DNA from: Balanoglossus misakiensis
Lineage: Eukaryota > Animalia > Hemichordata
Assembly: GCA_040954595.2 (NCBI GenBank)
Contig: CM082598.2
Location: 10,183,097 to 10,247,096 of the forward strand
Reading direction: 5' to 3'
DNA length: 64,000 nucleotides
Within the stretch, counting starts at the first letter, position 1, and the number at the start of each line of letters is the position of its first letter. The position numbers and the translations under genes were made by a program. The notes under the pieces are model-generated. The model had not been told where the DNA came from and searched no databases. It saw nothing but the letters and a program-made list of their open reading frames with translations. Shown here piece by piece: positions 49,901-62,499 of the stretch.

Positions 49901-52900
49901 ATTGCGCTCCGAAAAATAGCAACATCTCATCCGACATTGTTACTCAGGTAAGCAAATAAGTATGTCCAATCACACCAAAGTATTGCAAGCTGGGCATCTA
50001 TGCAAGAATTCACAAAAGGTTATCATTCCTGAATTTGACTTGCAACAGTAGTTCGATAGTTAGCCAAATTTCACTGTAACATGTCACTTGTGGTCAGTCT
50101 TGACTGGTGTAGCATGCTGGCCTGGTATGCCTTACCCATTCCAGACACCTGGTACCACCACTTAAAAGTGGTTCAAGATGATCCTGTTGACATTATCATT
50201 CTTTCTCATATTTTTGGACATGGTAATTAGCTTACCTTGAATGATATTGATTATTGGACCTGATTTGATGCCCTATTTATCTCATTTTCAAATTTCAGAC
50301 AAATGGCCATGATTTCAGCCGCTTTGAAAGGACGCGTTCATTTGACGTTTCCCGAGTTCTGATCTCGCCACCACCTTCTCTTCTTCTCGCACATTCTCGG
50401 CTTATTGGAGTTGCTTCAACCGTACGTCTTCCAGCAGGATACAGAACTGCTACACACAACAATGACATCTTATTTCCACCTCATCAGGGTAAGAACTCAC
50501 TACACAATTATATAGTCCTGTAGCCTTTTCATGGCCATCACAAACATTTTAACTATTAACGCTTTTGCTTAAACTATGACTGCATTGATATACCAAGGGG
50601 AACCCCGGTAAAATGACTGAGTAACCACGGTAACATTTACCTTGGTACCGCACAGTATGCATATGAGTACAATGTATGTGTGTTAATGTATATGCATCGT
50701 GTATGCCTATCCGTAAACTCATTTAAATGGACCACCATGTTGTACCATACTGTTGAAAAAGGCAGCTACATATATTGGAGCTTTAGTAATAATTGAAATA
50801 CATGTAATGTGGAACAATTCTTCCTTTTCGTATACTGATTACCGCTTACTCCATGTTTACATAGTGATCTGTGTAACTACTACCCTGACCTGCCAGCGTC
50901 GCACTGCCCAGCAGAAGTGCCAAGGATTCCCAGGCCAATGTCACTATGGCAACCCAGGTCTCAAGGGGGTCAAGCATGGGTGCATTCAATGGTATGGCCT
51001 CCTCATCGACCTCGGCCCACTGGTCAAAGTAGGACGTCACACCACTCAAAATGAAGCTGGGTTCCGACAGTAGTCTTGAAGGTGAATTTTTCATTCCTTA
51101 TTTTTGCAGAACATGTATTTAATGCACTTGTCACTATTGCAAAAAGTAAGCGTTCACAAAATTTATGTCCAAATGTGCAAGAATCCTGTGTTTGAGTCAA
51201 GCTGAATAGCCAGAATACATGTCAAACATAAGTCTACCACAGGGCGCCCTACATGTCATCTGATAATTCTATGGAGATTCAACCTCATTGCTGGATATGC
51301 CATGGGCACTCAAGTGAAAAAGTTTGTAAAGGCTGCCGACAAGCACTATTACGTACTCAACCCAGTCTATTGTCTCATTTTGATCATCGACGAATGGTAT
51401 GACTTGCAACAGACATAATTATTAATGAGTATGAATTTTAATAAGCAATCTGTACTCTTATCTGGGCAGAATCCTGAGCCTGCAAACCAGATTAAATTTG
51501 ACAGAAACTACATCAAAGTCGGTGCAGATTTGAGAGGTTGTTGTTGTCTGTTTTTTTACAGAGATACTTGAAGGGCTTCAAGAATTGGACGACATTTCCA
51601 AACGGAAAGTGGATATCTTGCATTATTTCACGGTAAGTTTACTCTGAAGTTTTGTCACTTTCACAGCCAAGACTTGGTTCAGTTCCAAAGCTTGAGTGAT
51701 TCGGGCATTGCTTGAAGACCTGCATAAGTGTCATTTGAGAGTTCTGAATTCAACAAAACCACTAACCAAAGTTTTCCTTAGAAACTAGGAATATTGTAAG
51801 TGAAATTCAATTGAATCATGTGGCTGTCGAACATTGGTCCCAACAATAACGACAAACACAATACGATAGAATTTTTACTCAATGACTTTCTGGCCTCATT
51901 TTCGCATCGTCTTGGAAGGGCAAATGAAAAAGGCATATCGATTATTGGTACTCCACTTATTAGACTTTCCACTGTTTGTCAACAGCACTGCCAAGGAACT
52001 CCTGCCAGCCATCATTGATTGTCTGGATAGTAGTGCCCAGAGTGTCGTCAATGTAGCTTTACAACATCTACGCAAAACAAAACTCTTTTTTTTGGCCTAA
52101 CTTAATATATTTGTTTATTTCAGTGCTATGAGCAATACTCCGTTGCGTTTACTGTCAGAGATGTATCTGCAACAACTCGATTTAATTCAGAAATTTGCGA
52201 AAACAAAATGAATGATGCCAACATTGCGCTCCGAAAAATAGCAACATCTCATCCGACATTGTTACTCAGGTAAGCAAATAAGTATGTCCAATCACACCAA
52301 AGTATTGCAAGCTGGGCATCTATGCAAGAATTCACAAAAGGTTATCATTCCTGAATTTGACTTGCAACAGTAGTTCGATAGTTAGCCAAATTTCACTGTA
52401 ACATGTCACTTGTGGTCAGTCTTGACTGGTGTAGCATGCTGGCCTGGTATGCCTTACCCATTCCAGACACCTGGTACCACCACTTAAAAGTGGTTCAAGA
52501 TGATCCTGTTGACATTATCATTCTTTCTCATATTTTTGGACATGGTAATTAGCTTACCTTGAATGATATTGATTATTGGACCTGATTTGATGCCCTATTT
52601 ATCTCATTTTCAAATTTCAGACAAATGGCCATGATTTCAGCCGCTTTGAAAGGACGCGTTCATTTGACGTTTCCCGAGTTCTGATCTCGCCACCACCTTC
52701 TCTTCTCGCACATTCTCGGCTTATTGGAGTTGCTTCAACCGTACGTCTTCCAGCAGGATACAGAACTGCTACACACAACAATGACATCTTATTTCCACCT
52801 CATCAGGGTAAGAACTCACTACACAATTATATAGTCCTGTAGCCTTTTCATGGCCATCACAAACATTTTAACTATTAATGCTTTTGCTTAAACTATGACT

Positions 52901-53005
52901 GCATTGATATACCAAGGGGAACCCCGGTTAAATGACTGAGTAACCATGGTAACATTTACCTTGGTACCGCACAGTATGCATATGAGTACAATGTATGTGT
53001 GTTAA

Positions 53006-53990
53006 CGTAGTTGGAAAGGCTATTTTTGAAGCAAATTCTCTCAATGTTTGTGAATTTATTTTCACAAGTTAGAATAAAGACAATGACTTGAAATTTGCAG
53101 CATGTATTCTTAACAAACTAAAAAGTGAGGGAAAAATATGACTGTAAAAATATCTGCTAAAATTATGAAATTTGATATGCCTAAATATAAATATTCATAA
53201 TTTTACAAAATATTGATTGAATCTTGACATGTTTTCACAAATGATTGAATAATTTGTATTCATTTTAATATTAAGCAACCCCTCAAGCAATGTACGGGAC
53301 ATTTTCAGCATAAACTTATTTTTTTCAAAGTTATCACTCAGGAAAACACAGTTTTTGTTGATATTTTGTAAACAACTTTAACGTGCTGCCAAAACACAAC
53401 GGGAAAACTTATGAAAAAACTGTCCCGTAAAATTGTTCTTTGGGATGTCCCGAGCCTTTCCTGAAAGTTTCATGATAAAAAAAATATCTGGCATACCAAT
53501 TCAATCACAAATAAAAACCATTACATTATGGCGAAGGGCAGAAAAGTAGCGAAATACGCAAAGTTTAGCGGCAGTTCACGGCGAAGGATCGCATTTATCT
53601 GGGTCAAATGCTTCTCCGCTGGCCTTTTGGGTTCCCTAGAAATGCAAAAATGTCCATAATTTGGCAGCCTTTAATAAACAAGCAAGGTTATCTATCGCTG
53701 AAAATTGCAAGAATCAGTGTTGCAAGTTACATTTAAATGCCCTTGGCTAGGGGAACCCGTCCTTGTGTGCATAGCCTAGGAGAAGTCTTCCCCTAGAGGG
53801 CGCTCAAAGAAGGCTCCCTAGCTTCCTTGCCAGATGTATGAAATTAGGTATCATAAAGCCAGCCATATCTTGTTACACGTTTATTGCCCCGAATTTTTCA
53901 TGAGTTTAATTTTTCTCTAATACATTTCTAGATATAAATTCGGTGTTTTTAAATGAAATTTTAACTGACGCCCTAGCCTTTCCAACTACC
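53006..53990. mobile_element. 985 bp TTAA-targeting MITE (Kolobok-like)
   Basis: TTAA-CGTAGTTGGAAAGGCTA ... TAGCCTTTCCAACTACC-TTAA. The empty site GTGTTAATGTATA is present in neighbouring units. Confidence 0.92.
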
Positions 53991-56900
53991 TTAATGTATA
54001 TGCATCGTGTATGCCTATCCGTAAACTCATTTAAATGGACCACCATGTTGTACCATACTGTTGAAAAAGGCAGCTACATGTATTGGAGCTTTAGTAATAA
54101 TTGAAATACATGTAATGTGGAACAATTCTTCCTTTTCGTATACTGATTACCGCTTACTCCATGTTTACATAGTGATCTGTGTAACTACTACCCTGACCTG
54201 CCAGCGTCGCACTGCCCAGCAGAAGTGCCAAGGATTCCCAGGCCAATGTCACTATGGCAACCCAGGTCTCAAGGGGGTCAAGCATGGGTGCATTCAATGG
54301 TATGGCCTCCTCATCGACCTCGGCCCACTGGTCAAAGTAGGACGTCACACCACTCAAAATGAAGCTGGGTTCCGACAGTAGTCTTGAAGGTGAATTTTTC
54401 ATTCCTTATTTTTGTAGAACATGTATTTAATGCACTTGTCACTATTGCAAAAAGTAAGCGTTCACAAAATTTATGTCCAAATGTGCAAGAATCCTGTGTT
54501 TGAGTCAAGCTGAATAGCCAGAATACATGTCAAACATAAGTCTACCACAGGGCGCCCTACATGTCATCTGATAATTCTATGGAGATTCAACCTCATTGCT
54601 GGATATGCCATGGGCACTCAAGTGAAAAAGTTTGTAAAGGCTGCCGACAAGCACTATTACGTACTCAACCCAGTCTATTGTCTCATTTTGATCATCGACG
54701 AATGGTATGACTTGCAACAGACATAATTATTAATGAGTATGAATTTTAATAAGCAATCTGTACTCTTATCTGGGCAGAATCCTGAGCCTGCAAACCAGAT
54801 TAAATTTGACAGAAACTACATCAAAGTCGGTGCAGATTTGAGAGGTGGTTGTTGTCTGTTTTTTTACAGAGATACTTGAAGGGCTTCAAGAATTGGACGA
54901 CATTTCCAAACGGAAAGTGGATATCTTGCATTATTTCACGGTAAGTTTACTCTGAAGTTTTGTCACTTTCACAGCCAAGACTTGGTTCAGTTCCAAAGCT
55001 TGAGTGATTCGGGCATTGCTTGAAGACCTGCATAAGTGTCATTTGAGAGTTCTGAATTCAACAAAACCACTAACCAAAGTTTTCCTTAGAAACTAGGAAT
55101 ATTGTAAGTGAAATTCAATTGAATCATGTGGCTGTCGAACATTGGTCCCAACAATAACGACAAACACAATACGATAGAATTTTTACTCAATGACTTTCTG
55201 GCCTCATTTTCGCATCGTCTTGGAAGGGCAAATGAAAAAGGCATATCGATTATTGGTACTCCACTTATTAGACTTTCCACTGTTTGTCAACAGCACTGCC
55301 AAGGAACTCCTGCCAGCCATCATTGATTGTCTGGATAGTAGTGCCCAGAGTGTCGTCAATGTAGCTTTACAACATCTACGCAAAACAAAACCCTTTTTTT
55401 TTGGCCTATCTTAATATATTTGTTTATTTCAGTGCTATGAGCAATACTCCGTTGCGTATACTGTCAGAGATGTATCTGCAACAACTCGATTTAATTCAGA
55501 AATTTGCGAAAACAAAATGAATGATGCCAACATTGCGCTCCGAAAAATAGCAACATCTCATCCGACATTGTTACTCAGGTAAGCAAATAAGTATGTCCAA
55601 TCACACCAAAGTATTGCAAGCTGGGCATCTATGCAAGAATTCACAAAAGGTTATCATTCCTGAATTTGACTTGCAACAGTAGTTCGATAGTTAGCCAAAT
55701 TTCACTGTAACATGTCATTTGTGGTCAGTCTTGACTGGTGTAGCATGCTGGCCTGGTATGCCTTACCCATTCCAGACACCTGGTACCACCACTTAAAAGT
55801 GGTTCAAGATGATCCTGTTGACATTATCATTCTTTCTCATATTTTTGGACATGGTAATTAGCTTACCTTGAATGATATTGATTATTGGACCTGATTTGAT
55901 GCCCTATTTATCTCATTTTCAAATTTCAGACAAATGGCCATGATTTCAGCCGCTTTGAAAGGACGCGTTCATTTGACGTTTCCCGAGTTCTGATCTCGCC
56001 ACCACCTTCTCTTCTTCTCGCACATTCTCGGCTTTTTCAACCTCATCAGGGTAAGAACTCACTACACAATTACCGGGCTATAGTCCTGTAGCCTTTTCAC
56101 GGCCATCACAAACATTTTAACTATTAACGCTTTTGCTTAAACTATGACTGCATTGATATACCAAGGGGAACCCCGGTAAAATGACTGAGTAACCACGGTA
56201 ACATTTACCTTGGTACCGCACAGTATGCATATGAGTACAATGTATGTGTGTTAATGTATATGCATCGTGTATGCCTATCCGTAAACTCATTTAAATGGAC
56301 CACCATGTTGTACCATACTGTTGAAAAAGGCAGCTACATGTATTGGAGCTTTAGTAATAATTGAAATACATGTAATGTGGAACAATTCTTCCTTTTCGTA
56401 TACTGATTACCGCTTACTCCATGTTTACATAGTGATCTGTGTAACTACTACCCTGACCTGCCTGCGTCGCACTGCCCAGCAGAAGTGCCAAGGATTCCCA
56501 GGCCAATGTCACTATGGCAACCCAGGTCTCAAGGGGGTCAAGCATGGGTGCATTCAATGGTATGGCCTCCTCATCGACCTCGGCCCACTGGTCAAAGTAG
56601 GACGTCACACCACTCAAAATGAAACTGGGTTCCGACAGTAGTCTTGAAGGTGAATTTTTCATTCCTTATTTTTGCAGAACATGTATTTAATGCACTTGTC
56701 ACTATTGCAAAAAGTAAGCGTTCACAAAATTTATGTCCAAATGTGCAAGAATCCTGTGTTTGAGTCAAGCTGAATAGCCAGAATACATGTCAAACATAAG
56801 TCTACCACAGGGCGCCCTACATGTCATCTGATAATTCTATGGAGATTCAACCTCATTGCTGGATATGCCATGGGCACTCAAGTGAAAAAGTTTGTAAAGG

Positions 56901-59900
56901 CTGCCGACAAGCACTATTACGTACTCAACCCAGTCTATTGTCTCATTTTGATCATCGACGAATGGTATGACTTGCAACAGACATAATTATTAATGAGTAT
57001 GAATTTTAATAAGCAATCTGTACTCTTATCTGGGCAGAATCCTGAGCCTGCAAACCAGATTAAATTTGACAGAAACTACATCAAAGTCGGTGCAGATTTG
57101 AGAGGTTGTTGTTGTCTGTTTTTTTACAGAGATACTTGAAGGGCTTCAAGAATTGGACGACATTTCCAAACGGAAAGTGGATATCTTGCATTATTTCACG
57201 GTAAGTTTACTCTGAAGTTTTGTCACTTTCACAGCCAAGACTTGGTTCAGTTCCAAAGCTTGAGTGACTTGGGCATTGCTTGAAGACCTGCATAAGTGTC
57301 ATTTGAGAGTTCTGAATTCAACAAAACCACTAACCAAAGTTTTCCTTAGAAACTAGGAATATTGTAAGTGAAATTCAATTGAATCATCTGGCTGTCGAAC
57401 ATTGGTCCCAACAATAACGACAAACACAATACGATAGAATTTTTACTCAATGACTTTCTGGCCTCATTTTCGCATCGTCTTGGAAGGGCAAATGAAAAAG
57501 GCATATCGATTATTGGTACTCCACTTATTAGACTTTCCACTGTTTGTCAACAGCACTGCCAAGGAACTCCTGCCAGCCATCATTGATTGTCTGGATAGTA
57601 GTGCCCAGAGTGTCGTCAATGTAGCTTTACAACATCTACGCAAAACAAAACCCTTTTTTTTTTTGGCCTAACTTAATATATTTGTTTATTTCAGTGCTAT
57701 GAGCAATACTCCGTTGCGTTTACTGTCAGAGATGTATCTGCAACAACTCGATTTAATTCAGAAATTTGCGAAAACAAAATGAATGATGCCAACATTGCGC
57801 TCCGAAAAATAGCAACATCTCATCCGACATTGTTACTCAGGTAAGCAAATAAGTATGTCCAATCACACCAAAGTATTGCAAGCTGGGCATCTATGCAAGA
57901 ATTCACAAAAGGTTATCATTCCTGAATTTGACTTGCAACAGTAGTTCGATAGTTAGCCAAATTTCACTGTAACATGTCATTTGTGGTCAGTCTTGACTGG
58001 TGTAGCATGCTGGCCTGGTATGCCTTACCCATTCCAGACACCTGGTACCACCACTTAAAAGTGGTTCAAGATGATCCTGTTGACATTATCATTCTTTCTC
58101 ATATTTTTGGACATGGTAATTAGCTTACCTTGAATGATATTGATTATTGGACCTGATTTGATGCCCTATTTATCTCATTTTCAAATTTCAGACAAATGGC
58201 CATGATTTCAGCCGCTTTGAAAGGACGCGTTCATTTGACGTTTCCCGAGTTCTGATCTCGCCACCACCTTCTCTTCTTCTCGCACATTCTCGGCTTTTTC
58301 AACCTCATCAGGGTAAGAACTCACTACACAATTACCGGGCTATAGTCCTGTAGCCTTTTCACGGCCATCACAAACATTTTAACTATTAACGCTTTTGCTT
58401 AAACTATGACTGCATTGATATACCAAGGGGAACCCCGGTAAAATGACTGAGTAACCACGGTAACATTTACCTTGGTACCGCACAGTATGCATATGAGTAC
58501 AATGTATGTGTGTTAATGTATATGCATCGTGTATGCCTATCCGTAAACTCATTTAAATGGACCACCATGTTGTACCATACTGTTGAAAAAGGCAGCTACA
58601 TGTATTGGAGCTTTAGTAATAATTGAAATACATGTAATGTGGAACAATTCTTCCTTTTCGTATACTGATTACCGCTTACTCCATGTTTACATAGTGATCT
58701 GTGTAACTACTACCCTGACCTGCCTGCGTCGCACTGCCCAGCAGAAGTGCCAAGGATTCCCAGGCCAATGTCACTATGGCAACCCAGGTCTCAAGGGGGT
58801 CAAGCATGGGTGCATTCAATGGTATGGCCTCCTCATCGACCTCGGCCCACTGGTCAAAGTAGGACGTCACACCACTCAAAATGAAACTGGGTTCCGACAG
58901 TAGTCTTGAAGGTGAATTTTTCATTCCTTATTTTTGCAGAACATGTATTTAATGCACTTGTCACTATTGCAAAAAGTAAGCGTTCACAAAATTTATGTCC
59001 AAATGTGCAAGAATCCTGTGTTTGAGTCAAGCTGAATAGCCAGAATACATGTCAAACATAAGTCTACCACAGGGCGCCCTACATGTCATGTGATAATTCT
59101 ATGGAGATTCAACCTCATTGCTGGATATGCCATGGGCACTCAAGTGAAAAAGTTTGTAAAGGCTGCCGACAAGCACTATTACGTACTCAACCCAGTCTAT
59201 TGTCTCATTTTGATCATCGACGAATGGTATGACTTGCAACAGACATAATTATTAATGAGTATGAATTTTAATAAGCAATCTGTACTCTTATCTGGGCAGA
59301 ATCCTGAGCCTGCAAACCAGATTAAATTTGACAGAAACTACATCAAAGTCGGTGCAGATTTGAGAGGTTGTTGTTGTTTTTTTACAGAGATACTTGAAGG
59401 GCTTCAAGAATTGGACGACATTTCCAAACGGAAAGTGGATATCTTGCATTATTTCACGGTAAGTTTACTCTGAAGTTTTGTCACTTTCACAGCCAAGACT
59501 TGGTTCAGTTCCAAAGCTTGAGTGATTCGGGCATTGCTTGAAGACCTGCATAAGTGTCATTTGAGAGTTCTGAATTCAACAAAACCACTAACCAAAGTTT
59601 TCCTTAGAAACTAGGAATATTGTAAGTGAAATTCAATTGAATCATGTGGCTGTCGAACATTGGTCCCAACAATAACGACGAACACAATACGATAGAATTT
59701 TTACTCAATGACTTTCTGGCCTCATTTTCGCATCGTCTTGGAAGGGCAAATGAAAAAGGCATATCGATTATTGGTACTCCACTTATTAGACTTTCCACTG
59801 TTTGTCAACAGCACTGCCAAGGAACTCCTGCCAGCCATCATTGATTGTCTGGATAGTAGTGCCCAGAGTGTCGTCAATGTAGCTTTACAACATCTACGCA

Positions 59901-61199
59901 AAACAAAACTCTTTTTTTTTTGGCCTAACTTAATATATTTGTTTATTTCAGTGCTATGAGCAATACTCCGTTGCGTTTACTGTCAGAGATGTATCTGCAA
60001 CAACTCGATTTAATTCAGAGTGTCAGAAAAAGTGACTTGCTGGTCAAGAATGCAAACAGTGTCAGTCAGAGTGTCACACAGGTGAGAGATTTTTTCTTTT
60101 TTTTTTACACACGGGTTAGACGTGGGCATTGCAGAGAGGGCAGCACCAATTTCATAAATGTGCGTAGCAGTAAATACAGACTGCCTTTGCTTCCTTCCAT
60201 ATTTCATGCACACCGTGTAAGTAGACTTTACCTAATTGTGTCCCTTCTTTTCACCCAATTTTCTGTCTTTTCCTGATCTCCAACACAGACTATGGTTGCC
60301 ACCATCTTGTCTGTTGTTAGGACAGCACACTGCCTTATTGTGTTGACTGTGTGCAGTTTTTGTAACCAGAGCCTCTTGTTTGACACATGCGGGTAAGACG
60401 ATTGTCACCCTTTAAGTGTCTTGGTTGATATTTGTTTCAGTTCAATGTGTTGACCCACAGTTTATTGTTGACGTTGGCCGCAACAAAAGCTGGACGAAAT
60501 TGCGAAAACAAAATGAATGATGCCAACATTGCGCTCCGAAAAATAGCAACATCTCATCCGACATTGTTACTCAGGTAAGCAAATAAGTATGTCCAATCAC
60601 ACCAAAGTATTGCAAGCTGGGCATCTATGCAAGAATTCACAAAAGGTTATCATTCCTGAATTTGACTTGCAACAGTAGTTCGATAGTTAGCCAAATTTCA
60701 CTGTAACATGTCACTTGTGGTCAGTCTTGACTGGTGGAGCATGCTGGCCTGGTATGCCTTACCCATTCCAGACACCTGGTACCACCACTTAAAAGTGGTT
60801 CAAGATGATCCTGTTGACATTATCATTCTTTCTCATATTTTTGGACATGGTAATTAGCTTACCTTGAATGATATTGATTATTGGACCTGATTTGATGCCC
60901 TATTTATCTCATTTTCAAATTTCAGACAAATGGCCATGATTTCAGCCGCTTTGAAAGGACGCGTTCATTTGACGTTTCCCGAGTTCTGATCTCGCCTCCA
61001 CCGTCTCTTCTTCTCGCACATTCTCGGCTTATTGGAGTTGCTTCAACCGTACGTCTTCCAGCAGGATACAGAACTGCTACACACAACAATGACATCTTAT
61101 TTCCACCTCATCAGGGTAAGAACTCACTACACAATTATATAGTCCTGTAGCCTTTTCATGGCCATCACAAACATTTTAACTATTAACGCTTTTGCTTAA

Positions 61200-62499
61200 A
61201 GAGTTTATTACACCTATCAAAAAATATTTTTCATTGTTTGACTGTAAACTAAAATTGCATTCATGATTTGAATTCTGGTGTCGTTTTTTTTTTATTCTCG
61301 TCGATGAATAAATGTTATCCTAATAAATGTTCACTCCTTCAAAAAACTCTCTGTCTGAACGGTCCCGTTACGTGTGACGTCATTGGGGGCTCTCCTTCGC
61401 TTTTAGTCTACAATTCATCGCATCGAGAGGCGTACATGTCGTCTACTTGACTTTTATGGCGTCAACGGTAAACACGGTCAGTGACGAGGCATTTTGTTGG
61501 GAGAGTATAAGATTCAGACAGTAGCGATGGAGAGTTTTGGGCTCTTCGTCGCTGCTTTCAAGGAAATTCCTGTCACAGCCGTATAGATTTGAACCAGCAA
61601 GGCGTGAGGTGAGGTCTCTCCTCAACCTGTTCGGGCTGGTGGGGAATCCGTCGATGTACCGAGCGAAGAAATGCCTGCAAGCGCGGGTCGAGATTCGCCA
61701 GAGTCTTCTCGAGTGGGAAATATAGATTGGTGAATAAGCATCATTTTCTGTTTGTTTGTTTTTATTTTACAATAAATATTCAGGAAGTGGTTCAGTGAAA
61801 CTCAAATTTTCTCGTAGCCGATCTGCCTCCCCGATACGGAGGTCTGCGCTCGTCTGATCACCGATATATACACTAAGAACCCGGTGCGCGGCACTACGCC
61901 ATGCCGACACGGTCCGTACTAAAACATCATTGCTGACATCTCAGTTGTGAAAAAAACGTAATGGGACGACAAATTTCATACATAAATATCACAGATAAAC
62001 TCCCTGTTCACAAGCGACCGGTTACCCAAAACTGGCATAACACCGGTACAGTTCCATTCATCATTACCTTTACGGTGATGTAGTGACCTTTGGGCCGTTT
62101 TGTACGAAGCGCTCCCATTTTTCTCTCAGTCCTTTGCTTTTCGGAAATCTATGTACACTATGTACACTACGGATAGTGTTTTTACAGCCCCCGACGACGC
62201 ATCGTTTGATAATAATGATGGAAACGCGGGACTCTCGCTTTGGGCTAAGCTGTGCAACGATATCACTGTTTACATACTGGCAACGACTTCCCCCAATGAC
62301 GTCATGTCACGTGGTCTATACGCGGCAAATACGAATTGAGATTTTTTCTGAGGGACATGAATTTCGACGATTTTATTAATGAATCATTAATTATAGAAAA
62401 CCACAGCCAAAATATAATGTCTTGATTTGGATAAAATGGTTATTTTACTAAATGAATCTTTTACACTCAAATGAAATAAAAATAGGTGTAATAATTCCT
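61200..62499. mobile_element. Second copy of the 1300 bp Kolobok-like element
   Basis: TTAA TSD at 61196-61199 and 62500-62503. The empty site GCTTAAACTATG is present in the other five array units. Near-identical to 8334-9633. Confidence 0.92.
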
